Positions 10,890 through 21,900 of a stretch of DNA of 64,000 bases are shown piece by piece. This stretch comes from Chlorokybus atmophyticus. Taxonomy: Eukaryota > Plantae > Mesostigma and Chlorokybus algae. The notes below the pieces were generated by a model, which was not told the DNA's origin, did no database searches, and saw nothing but the letters and a program-made list of their open reading frames with translations. How positions within the stretch are numbered: position 1 is the first letter of the stretch; every line of letters begins with the position of its first letter. The translations under genes were made by a program, and so were the position numbers. The stretch lies in assembly GCA_009103225.1 (NCBI GenBank), contig RHPI01001517.1, positions 136,505 to 200,504 on the forward strand, written 5' to 3'.

Positions 10890-13223
10890 TTGACGTCAAT
10901 CGGTGTGCAACGGGTGGTAATTGCTTCTACCATTGTGTATTTTGCGCCAGGCCATTCATAGCGCAAAGTGTCCTGGATGATGACAAGTGCCCCAGCTCGA
11001 GCAGATTTTGGGCCATGCTGGACACCATGGACGACGGCAGGGGGGACACTCTCCGCAAAATCACCGCCAAGGCTGTCGATGCAGGCGTGGCGAGCAGAAG
11101 CCTAGACTTCTGCAGAGCCACTATTGCCGCGAGAGAGTTGGCGCAGTATTACGACAAACTGCCTGCGATAATGTTGGCTGATGTCAATTGCAACATTGAC
11201 CTAGCCATGGCCAAAGTGCGACAGATCTTGCGGAGAAAACATGTGTACGTTGAGCACCTGCAGATGACCATGTTTGCCAACAAGCTGGGCTTGTTAATTG
11301 GCTGCGTGACCGTTCAGCGCGAGCATGGGGAGTGGGTGCCACGGCCCGGCAGCGCAGTTTGGGTTGGAAATAAAGAAGCCCCCAACTCAGTCCTGGTGGT
11401 GGGCAACACTGCTCCTGATGAGCCAGAAGCACACTTTTGGCTCCTCAAGCCTGCAAGCACCGAACAGNAAGCATTGAACAGTGGTCGTGGTGCCAAGTGC
11501 CACCAGAGGTAACACATCTGATCGGAGAGTGGCGGAATGGCGTTGCCAATTCCCCGCTACCACCGGCTGTGACCCACAGTGCTGCGCCAACGCCTCAGGC
11601 CTCACCTTCGTGTGCTGACAGGACGAAAAAAGGAAAGATGAGGCATCTTTACAACGTTAGAAGAAGCACATCGCCTTGAAACCTCATTGGCTGACTGTGT
11701 GTCCTGAGTAGGCACAGGCGGGTTTACAGCGTCAAGTGGCTGCTCAGCATCGTTCAGAGAGACAGCCGGTGCGGCACGAGCTGTCTAAGCTAAAAGCACC
11801 GACGCGCAGACGTTTTGAGGGGCTAACTCGTAGTGCAAAGAAGTTGATCGCCCTACAGCACGCCCGAGACGCGCTGCATCTCCGCATGCGGCATGCCTCG
11901 AGGTGGGTGACGAAAGTATGCAATAAATGGGAGCAAACGCGGAGAGTGCGGTCTAAACAGACCTTTGGAATTTGGCCGTGGTTGGAACCCATACACAATA
12001 TGGCCATCCGTAATACGTTGTTGCCCCTCGCCGTCCTCGATATGATGGTGTTGTTGCTGCCGCAGCAACCACGCAATGTGCAAGAGCTATCCGCGGAGCA
12101 GAACTTCGACCTGCTGCAGCAGACGTACCAGTTGATGTCGACTGATGCGGGTCGAGATGTGTGCCGCTACCTGAGCAAACAAACTGGGTGGCAAGTAAAA
12201 CCATTCGAGCTGTACTTGGCATGCTATAGCTGGCAGTGGCTGTATGTCATACGGCACGTCGAGCTGATTCTGTGGAAGCTCGAAGCAAATGGCGATGCGG
12301 GGGAGTCACGAGTGACGACAGCCATGTCAAGGGCCTGGATGAACGCATGCTGGACGAGACCAGCAGGTGGTGTATGGCGGCAGATGGGCAACAGGTGATC
12401 GAGCAGGCAGTGGAGCGTTGTGCTGCGCCATTCAGATGGGAGTCGCTACGCCTGCAACGCGATAACAGAGTTTGGTGGCAGATGCAGTTTGCACACCCGC
12501 GTGCACCATGTGTGCTGATTTGTCGCAATGAAGAGCCCCCCCCCCCCCCCCCCAGTGGATGGGAAAACGCCCTGTTGCAAGAAAGCGATGTGCCATGTCT
12601 GCATCATAGCACATCAGCAGACCGTGGCAAATAAATTGAAGAATCTACAAGCATGTCCCTTCTGCAAGCAACCTCACCCATTTTGGTCGCCACGCCTGAT
12701 GCACGACGCCAACGTATCGGCGGTGATTTGGCCCCCGCCTTGATGGCAATTGTGCATGTATTGTGGTTTTGTGTTGGCTTCCTGTGAACCATGTAGGTAT
12801 ATGTATAGTGCAGCATGGTGCATGGTGCACCCGAGATCTGCTGTTGTTAGAAGCATTGGCTGTACATGTGTATGATGCCCGGCGCATGAGTCAGTGCATG
12901 GCTTGCATACCTCGCTGGTTCAGAGCGTGGTTAACAGCAACAAACTTGGACACACTGCTCTGGGTTCCATGCATTGACATCACAGTATTGCTCTACAATC
13001 GTGGTAGTATGCGAGTATCCTTGTACTATAGTACCATTAACAGATGGAGTACCATTCATTTTGATGTAGTACCATGCATGAGTTTGCAATAGCGTCCATG
13101 GTACAGTCGTGCTTCACTTGAAGTTTGACCCATTTAGGGTTCGTAAGCTGGCAACCCTACATTGATGCCCATACCCTAAAGTCTCGCTCAGTTTGTGGGC
13201 AGCCGTGTCGATTTCTATTTTGC

Positions 13224-14980
13224 ATGATGTCGGCGGCAGCAGTTGAATCTCCCTCACCTAGGAGACCATGCTTGGTGTGCCCACAATGCAATGCGTACGT
13301 ATGTGCCAATGGCCGTAGACAGCAAATGCGAGCACACTTGACCGAATGCCAGCGAGTGCAGATAGTGTGCCACAGTTTTACTGCTGCTTGCTGGCATCAC
13401 ACCACACACAATGTCGACGTGTTTGGTTGCCGCCTCGGCCAAGTGCTATGCAAGGAACCCGAGTTTTTCCATTGCGTACAGTGCGTGTGCGAATCTTGCT
13501 CGCGCTCATGCTTCGAGTGGCGAGGGGAACCCATGCGCTTCTCCACATAGACAACACCAGGACATGTGGTTAGTAAACATGTGGTAGATGCTGTGGAGGT
13601 AATTCGGCAGAGTGGACCGCAAGGTATCACTGCATGTTATGCATGTTGAAGCTGTTGTCGCATTCAGAGCAGTCTTCCACAGTGTGGGCGTGGGCAGTTA
13701 CATCCCCTGGCCGCTGTAAAGGAGGCAGACCATCGACCATTGGACAGCGCACTGCATCGGCTGCGGAACGCAGTTAGGTTGGGATGCGAGGAGCTGATCG
13801 GTGTGAGTGTCATGGTACATTGGCCGCTGGATGGGGAATGGTATGCGGGCGTTGTGGAATCATTCAAGCAAGTGTCAGGTCAGCATCGCTTCGTGGCGTG
13901 TGAGATTGAGGACGCATCATATATGCATGGTGCAATGGAAAATGTCTTTGCAAGGCAGCACCGTATAGTATTCGATAACGGTAATCGACCACAAACCATC
14001 GACTTCAAAGGGCACAACGTATTCGCGTACACATCAGTTGACGGGGCACGCCATGTTCTGCGCACCGGAGGGGAGAACGTCAGTTGCAAAGTAAGCCCGG
14101 ACGGCATCATTGTTGGTCTCTGGCCCGCACCACGGCCAGCCTTGACCACATACACGCCGTTTGCCAACAAGCTTGGACACACACGCAGACCAAGGGCACT
14201 CGACCTATTCTGCGGCGGTGGCGGTGCCAGTGTCGGTATATACCACGCAGGCTTTGACGTGACCGGCATGGACATTAGTCCTTCCTATGAGTACCCCCTG
14301 CCCTTCATACACCGCGATGTATGCACCTTGAGTGCAGGAGAGCTGAGCGAGTACGAGCTCATTTGGGCCAGTCGACCATGCTAGGCCTATTCAGGTGCTA
14401 TCCCGGCACCTCAACGGGCGGCACATGGCACATTCTGGAGACACCAGGTTATGATACCGCTCGTTTGACGTCTGCTGCTTGCAAGCCATGCCAAGTTTGT
14501 GATTGAGAATGTGCCAGGAGCAGCTTCCTCATTCAGACCCAATCTGTCCCTTTGTGGCACGATGTTTGGCCTATCAACTTTCCGACACCGTCTGTTTGAG
14601 ACACAGCAAGTGGTAGCTACCCCACCAGCACGCTGCGCACACGCGGGCAAGGCAATTGGACTGCTGCGCCGCACCTATCCGCTAGCGCAAAGAAGACAAT
14701 CGTGACATCAAATGCGCCACAGCAAATGTACCCGGTCTATGGCCTTCCAAGCACCAGGGGCGGCATTGCTGCGTGGCAAACAGCGCTGGGAGTGCCATGG
14801 ATGACCTCGGCCGTTTTCATAGCGAATGCAGTTCCTCCCACAATGGCGGAGTGCATAGGGCGTCTCATGCTTGAAACGATAATATGCGTTGTGACTACCC
14901 TCCTGTGTCATGGACATATGGAAACTCGATTGTGGTGCACTGTATTGATGCTTAATGCCACACGGCGGACTGATTGTTGA
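13224..14980 (+). pseudogene. Cargo gene: zinc finger, Tudor-like domain, short phage-type DNA (cytosine-5) methyltransferase
   Basis: CPQC...MRAHLTEC; LIGVSVMVHWPLDGEWYAGVVESF...HRIVFDNG; RALDLFCGGGG (motif I, ~14193), MDI, WASRPC (14370-14381), FVIENVPG (~14505), LCGTMFGL-RHRLFE, WMT...NAVPPTMAECIG. Stops at 14382-14384 and 14466-14468, frameshift near 14700. Confidence 0.85.
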
Positions 14981-15353
14981 ATGTTGCATGGCACATTCGA
15001 TTGTGGTGACAGTTGTGCAGTGACAGCTGCCCGGTATTGTACACGTCCACATACAAAAGTCTTAGCATACGATTAGCAATGCCTAACTGACTGTTTTGCT
15101 CCAAACTCAGAGTAGTGAGACAAGTACATGTGTCACGTGGAAGTGCAGTGAACGTTCACTCAATACTTGCCCTCTTGTACACGGGCGCTGTCCTTGTCAA
15201 ACATTAGGAGCAGCTGGACAATGCCTTTTACTGCTCCTGAGTCACGACATCGAGATGTGGACCCCCTCGACGCTTTTCCCATTCCAGAGCGATGCACTTT
15301 GTGTCGCCCGTCACATCCAGCTTCGTGTACTAGCGGACAAACACGACCTCTTT

Positions 15354-18300
15354 TCACACGCGCTCGCCGCTACCACCCCACCCCACTACGCGCAAAAAAA
15401 GGAGTGCCTGAGCCCACCACGTCACGTTCACACCGTCCTCATCACCTTCCAAGTCAAGTGTACAGAACCAAGGCCGCCCATGGAACATCCCAGTTGCACG
15501 CGCCATGCTGACTCCTAATGTCATGTACACCGCTGCGCCTCCGTTCACCACGCGAACAGCACGCCACCCGTCGGCCAACTCCAGTTGTTCCCTCCTCAAC
15601 CAGCTGTCCAGGGTGGCAGTCAGCTTGTCGGCGAATGGAGTCTTCATGGCAACTTGGCGGCTACGCGTAGATCTGCTCCAGTACGAGCTAGATTTCCTCC
15701 TTGTCAGCGTATCCATCCGTAGCAACTTGTCCGTCTTCTCCATTACAGTACAGCACTGCTGCCGCGCCTGCGCCATGGCCGAGCGCATCTTGTGATCCAC
15801 GACCATGCCATCCTCGCTCACATATTGCGCACAGCTCCATGCCTTCAGAATACGTGCCTGGTAGTCCCGGTTATTGCCACCAGCCGCCCACCATTTGGTA
15901 TTTTGGGCGTGCGTCTGCTCCATGCGGTTGGCGCTGAACCAATCTAGGTGTCCACTGCTGACAATTGCTGGCCCAAAATGAGTGAGCTGATGCACCTTCT
16001 CAATCTTCCAACCTGACTTCTGTGCAGAATATGCCGACAGTAGCGGATGCAACACTGCAGCTTTAAAGGCAGCCAGCTCGTTGTCGGATGTGGTCAGGGT
16101 CTCTCTTGTGTGTTCATGCGCCTTGAGCTTCTTGTTCCACTGGGCAAGCGATGCGGCAGCAATGGTGAAGAAATCGTTGCCCTCACTGTCGAGCAGCAAA
16201 GCGTCTGCAAGGACCGGCAGCAGATGCAGCACCGCCACTTTCTCCACCACCAAAAAGGAGTGGTCGGACATGAAAGAATCTACTGTGCTTGTGGGTGCCT
16301 TGAAGTGCGAAACCCGTAGGGTCGCCTTGAATGCATATAAGGCTTGTGCACATCTGCTTGTGAGCAAGTGTCGTTGGCTTTTGTATTCAATACAAAAGCA
16401 ACACCCAAATGTGCCTGGCCTGCAGAATCTGTCTCGTGGATGGACGCATTCGCTCTTCGCAGCGTCGTACACAGCAACAAGCAGGTGGTTAATGATGCCT
16501 CCCAGCACATGCATTGCGTCAGGGGCAAGACGAGAGTAGCAGTCAGCTTCCGGCACTCGCGACTGTCGCCAACCTCACAGTGCATTCTGTTGCCAAACCG
16601 CATTGCCTGGTTTCACGGAAAGCCATTCATCCTAACAAATGCCGGTAATTTGACCATTACCTCCTCGACATGCATGGAGTGCTGCTCTTTGAAAGCCTTG
16701 GCTGTCTGGCGTGCAATCCTAACACCGCTATGCAAGTCCGCCCGCAGCTGACGTATTGCTGGTGTGTAGAAGGCCTCAGTTCTCAATTCCCCAATCCTCC
16801 ATCTCCAACAAATCTGATTTGGTGACGAGACAAACATCGCAAGGATGTCGTGTTTGGTTGCCCGACATAGTGCGTGCGAGTGTGGCAGTCTCCTACAACA
16901 CGACAAACTCAAATGCTCTACTGACAACATCTTCCATGCACTGTTTGCTGGCAGGCTGCATCCGGCTACAACCATGCATGCCCACTACCTGCAAGTCGCA
17001 AATGTAGTTGGCAAGCGCGGGAAACACACGATGCTCGATGCCATTCGGGTCGATGAGCTGCAAACCTTCCCAACTCGCCCGCTTCACATCCCCTAGCACT
17101 ACATTCAAAGCGTCATGAAAAATCTCACGTTTTCGAATGGAGAAAGATTCCTTGCCCTGCGCGCAGGTGGGATGCCCGACCACTGCGTGAACCACCGGCA
17201 TAAGAGCTATCATAACAACCCCCATGTTGCTAGCATACATGTCCCAACTATAGTTGGCAAGCGATGCCATCAGAGAGTAGCTAGAGCGCTTGCCCGCGCT
17301 GTCCAGCGTGGTCTTGTCACTGTACAGAATGGCAGGCGCCAAGTAGGACGCTTCCCCCACCTCTCTCCTCAAATCCACCTCCACATTCTTCCACAAATTG
17401 CCCGTGGAAGGATGGCCAAAGCTGTGCTCGTCACCACTGTACTGGAGATTGAAGCCATTGGCGGCATGTGGATTGCCATACAACCGCGCGAGCCATACCT
17501 GCTCCGACCAAGAGCATTAACAGGCATGCTGGCCTCGGAATAGATATTGCATCGATACTGCATTAGGTACTGCATTTTACAGATCTTGGCAAGTATATGT
17601 GACGCTGATGTCCTGATCCTCAGGGTTTCAAGGCTTGCGCACATCAGCTGTCACGTAGTTTTGATACAGCAGCACACTCGCATGTGCATATGTGACATGG
17701 CTCTAATGGTTGAAGCACATGCACCGCACACCGTGAACACACCTAAGACTTAGAGAAAGCAATTGTGGTCTGGAGGTAGCTGGCCACATGCACACCGGTC
17801 TCCCACTGGAGCTCTTCCATCCGGAAGTGTGCATTTCGGATGCAATTGATGATCCGCCCCATGTCGGAGGCCGACAGGCCTTGGCTGTTGCTGCACTGCA
17901 CGAATGCCACTGCAAGAGCATGCTCCGAGCCGTACCACCTGGATTCCGACGCATGCGAAGGGACGCCTCCACTTCCATGTTGGCGTGCCACAGGTTTCTC
18001 AGGCACACGCACACATCGAAAGCCCTCGTTCACTTCCTCCTCTTCCTGTTGTTGCTGTGCGTGTGTCTCCAGGAGGAATCCTTCAGCATCAAGCATGTGC
18101 GCATGCTGGATCGAACTCCTCGGTTCAACATGACCCGCATCGTACTGTAATGGGCGCTGGCCGACATACAGCTTGATTTGCTTGCACACGCTGCTGCTAA
18201 TAATGTGCATGTAGACCGAGCTGCGTGTGGCGAAGCGCATGTGGCAATACGGACAAAGGACTCCCATATCTCACTACTAACGTCGACACAGGTGTCGCCA

Positions 18301-18384
18301 ATGTAACCTGCTGCTAATAATGTGCATGTAGACCGAGCTATGTGTGGCGAAGCGCATGTGGCAATACGGACAAAGGACTCCCAT
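15354..18384 (-). pseudogene. Plavaka-type (CACTA/CMC-related) transposase, multi-exon, degraded
   Basis: N-terminal CPYC...HIISSSVC finger; LAPAILYSDKTTLDSAGKRSSYSLMASLAN; FHDALNVVL...PNGIEHRVFPALANYICD; PDAMH; WKIEKVHQLTHFGPAIVSSGHLDWFSANRMEQTH. Short GT-AG introns and several stops near 17550-17620. Confidence 0.85.
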
Positions 18385-18428
18385 ATCTCACTACTAATGT
18401 CGACACAGGTGTCGCCAATGTAACCTGC
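18191..18428. repeat. 117-bp tandem duplication covering the transposase start and zinc-finger codons
   Basis: Units start at 18191 and 18308 and differ at 3 positions, all C/T or G/A transitions. Confidence 0.95.
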
Positions 18429-18699
18429 ATCATATCCAGCAACACGCACACCCTCCGCCACCGCCACCGCTACCCTAGCATGCCAAAGGCGGGAAACTTG
18501 GCCGCCATTTACTGGCTCCATGAGTCCGACAGCTCGACTCCATGTTATAGGGTAGTTTTATGCGCAAGTCGGCTGCTCAGTTGCAAATGGACATGCTCTC
18601 ACCACTGCCGATACATTGTATATATTGTGGGCTTATAGGTGCAAGACCAAACAATCAGTCCAAGGTTTGTACAAGCTGCATGGGATGCTAGTGTTGGCT

Positions 18700-18950
18700 T
18701 ACGGCAAGAATTGCCAACTTTTGTCAAACGGCAAGGGTCACATATTAACAGCAGTGTAACGGCAAAGAAACTGCCGGCTATTGCTGTCAGCTTTCCGAAA
18801 CTACCGGCTAACGGCCGTCTGTGCACATCGACCAAAGGGTAACTGGTTGACAACTCTCGGCCGGTTAGTGCCACTGACAACCACTTTCGGCCCGCGGCCG
18901 TCTGCGTCAGTCCACTCAAGCCAACGGCAAACCCAACAGTTCAAAAGTAA
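18700..18950. repeat. Iterated short motifs (AACGGC, CCGGCTA), putative subterminal repeats
   Basis: Several AACGGC/CGGCTA/CGGCCG copies between the transposase start and the abrupt switch to Ty3 protease sequence. Confidence 0.5.
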
Positions 18951-18989
18951 CATTTTAGGCAGCGACAGGTAGGCTCATGCAGGCTCAGG

Positions 18990-21900
18990 CACCAGTCAAT
19001 CCCTCAGTCCTTAGTCAGTCCGTGTAACCGTGTAAAATTTGCGACGCTGTTGTGGACGTTCAGTGGCACAATGCAGGGAATAACCTGTTCGTTCTTGATT
19101 GATACTTGTGCAACACACAACTTTATTGAGGAACAATGGGTTGTGCGCAATATTATAGCGTGTAAACCCTCAGCATTTTCAGCTGCCGGTGCTGGGGTAT
19201 GTTGCCAGTGAAGGGAGAAGTAAAAATGAAGGTAAAGAATTGTAGCTATCATGCCAACCTCACCTTCATAGTGGTGTCCATCAACATAGCTGGTGTTGAT
19301 GTGGTACTCGGACAGGAATGGCAGGAAAGTGTCAACATGACATTGGATACTGGTGCACGATTGTGCACAGTGAAAGAGGGGTGGTAAGCGAGTGACGCTG
19401 TCTGTGAGAGGGTCCCATAGCTTGGTACATAAGCAAACTGACCCCGCGCTTCTCACCGCACTGCAGTGAAGTGAAGCGTGCGTTGCGTAAAAACACACCG
19501 GCTTTCCTTGTGCACTTAACGTCGTCTGATGACTTTGTGCTTGGCAGTACGGAAGGTATTGCAGACGTCATTGAGAAATACCAGGATATATTCTCAGATG
19601 CGTTGCCAGGCTTACCCCTTGATCGAGGTGTCGGGCACACAATACCATTACTTCCTGATAGAGAACCTCCGTTCCGGCCTATAAATGGGCTCAACCCCAA
19701 TGAGAGGGGAAATGGAAACTCAAATCAAGGAGTTGTTGGAGAAGGGATTGATTGAACCAAGTTCTTCACCCTTTTGCGCACCCATTTTGTTTGTTATGAG
19801 AAAGAATGGGAACTTGCGCATGTGTGTAGATTATTGTGCTTAGAAAAAGATCACGGTAAAGAATCGATACCTGTTACCACAGATTGATGATGTGTTTGAT
19901 AAGCTGTTGGGGAATGCGTATTTTAGTACGCTAGACTTGACAAGCGATTATCATCAAATCCGTATTCACCCTTCTGATGTTTACAAGACAGCATTCAGAA
20001 CACCTTCAGGTTATGATCAGTACAAAGTGTTACCTTTTGGACTGACAAATGCACTTGCGGTGTTTAAGAAAAAAATGAATAAAATCTTTGGTAATATGCT
20101 GGGCAAGCATGTTATGGTTTACTTGGATGACATTATTGTCTGCAGTAAAACAAAAGAAGAGCACAAAAGGCACCAAGAAGCGGTGTTCGCTTTACTGCGA
20201 GCACATCGCTTGTTTGCCAACTTGTCAAAGTGTGACTTTTGCAAGACAGAGTTGCCATTCTTAGGGCATATTGTGAGTGGTGCGGGTGTAAAACCTGACC
20301 CTCGCAAAGTGCAAGTGGTAAAAGATTGGCCTCAACCTAAGAATATCCATCAGTTGCGATCATTCTTGGGGTTGGCAAACTACTTTCGCAAGTTTATGAT
20401 GGGATGCTCTACAGTTGTGGTGCCTTTTACAAAACTGTTGCGTAAGGATGCCCCATTCTCTTGAACAGCAGCACAAGAAGCTGCTATGCAACAAGTGAAG
20501 CTGGCTTTGACTTCGGCACAAGTATTGGCATTGCCAAATTGGGATAAACACTTCACTGTGATTAGCGATGCCTCCACCCTTGGATGTGGTGCAGTATTGC
20601 TACAGGATGGCTAACCATGTGCTTATGAGAGCAGGAAATTCATCCCAGCAGAGATGAACTACACTACCACTGAGCAGGAATTGCTTGGTATTGTGCATGC
20701 TCTTAAAACATGGCGATGTTACTTGAAGGGAGTTTAGTTCACAGTGGTGACTGATCACAACCCGTTGATGTACTTCTCAACACAGCTAAACTTGTCGCGT
20801 AGGCAAGCTCCCTGGAATGAGTTCCTGTCGCGGTTTACCTTTGAATGGGTATACCGGCCGGGCAGGACCAACGTGGCAGACTCTGAGTCGCTGTCTGTCA
20901 TTGTTGGCAGTTATGCGTGCGCAGTTGCTTGCAATGCAGGGTACATTGCCTCCTGATGATGAGTTTGTGCAAGCTGTTTTACAGGGGTATGCATTAGACC
21001 TATGGTTCTCTATACAAGAGAATGTACAAAAGCTTGACAAAAGAGACTACTTGTATTATATGGGCGCCAGCTTGGTGATACCTGACCATGCTGGGTTGCG
21101 CATGAAATGCATAGCTGAAGTACACGATCCACACCGTATGCTGGGCACTTTGGAAGTCGCAAGACTACAAAGGCAGCGCAACATTTGTATTGGTGGCCAT
21201 CGTTGCCTGTTGACGTGAAGCATTATGTCGACACGTGTGACAAATGTCAGCGTGACAAGCCGTTACTTTCAAAACCCGCTGGGTTGCTGCGACCTTTGCC
21301 TGTTCTTGATGGCAAGTGGGAAAGTGTGAGTATGGACTTAATTACTGAGCTCCCGGAGACAGCATTAGGGCACACTGTGGTTGCAGTTTTGTGGACCGTT
21401 TGACAAACACAGTTCACATTGTCCCTTGCCGCACGGAAATAGGCTCCCGCGAGTTAGCGATGGTTTTTGTCGCCTCTGTGTTTAAGTTACATGGCTTGCC
21501 TCGTAACTTCGTGTCTGATTGCGTTCCGCGATTTGTAGCTCAGTTATAGAAGTCGCTATGCAGCTTCTTACATATTCAACAGAACATGAGCACAGCTTAC
21601 CATCCACAGACGGATGGTCAAACAGAGCGCGCTAATTAAGTGATTGAGGAAACCATCCGGCATTATGTGAGTCCGAACTAATCTGATTGGGATGTTTATC
21701 TCCCAATGGCTAAGTTCACGATTAACAATGCATGGCAAAAGACTGAAACTCCGTTTTTCTCGAATTATGGAGTGCAACCACTGAGTCCTGCAAACATTGA
21801 ATTGCCCGCTACCGACATAACTCGCGTACCTGCAGCCCGTGAAATGGCTTCGGCCATGCACGGTAGGTTAGCATTGGCAAAGGACTGTTTGCGCGCAGCG

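Larger units (their letters stand above)
7509..12743 (+). pseudogene. Multi-exon cargo gene: zinc finger, Pro-rich linker, OTU-like cysteine protease, unknown domain, RING-like finger
   Basis: WACPTC...DHLHTESC (7509-7730); GGNCFYH (Cys ~10922) and AHFWLL (His ~11432) fit an OTU catalytic pattern; CVLIC...PCCKKAMCHVC...CPFC (~12505-12670) with a frameshift in a poly-C run; GT-AG boundaries at exon ends. Linkage of all exons into one gene is inferred. Confidence 0.6.
7039..18970. mobile_element. Large decayed DNA transposon region: Plavaka-type transposase plus cargo genes; ends unresolved, may extend left past the LTR element
   Basis: Transposase gene, two stop-riddled cargo genes with short non-repetitive introns, iterated-motif clusters at 7080-7260 and 18700-18950, CACTAG at 7039. 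I found no matching TIR/TSD pair. Confidence 0.65.

Noticed and set aside
9425-18972. CCTAC...GTAGG as the TIR pair of the Plavaka element
   Set aside because: Only 5 bp match, no TSD, and the left site is inside the 1.8-kb element whose excision cleanly restores the OTU frame.
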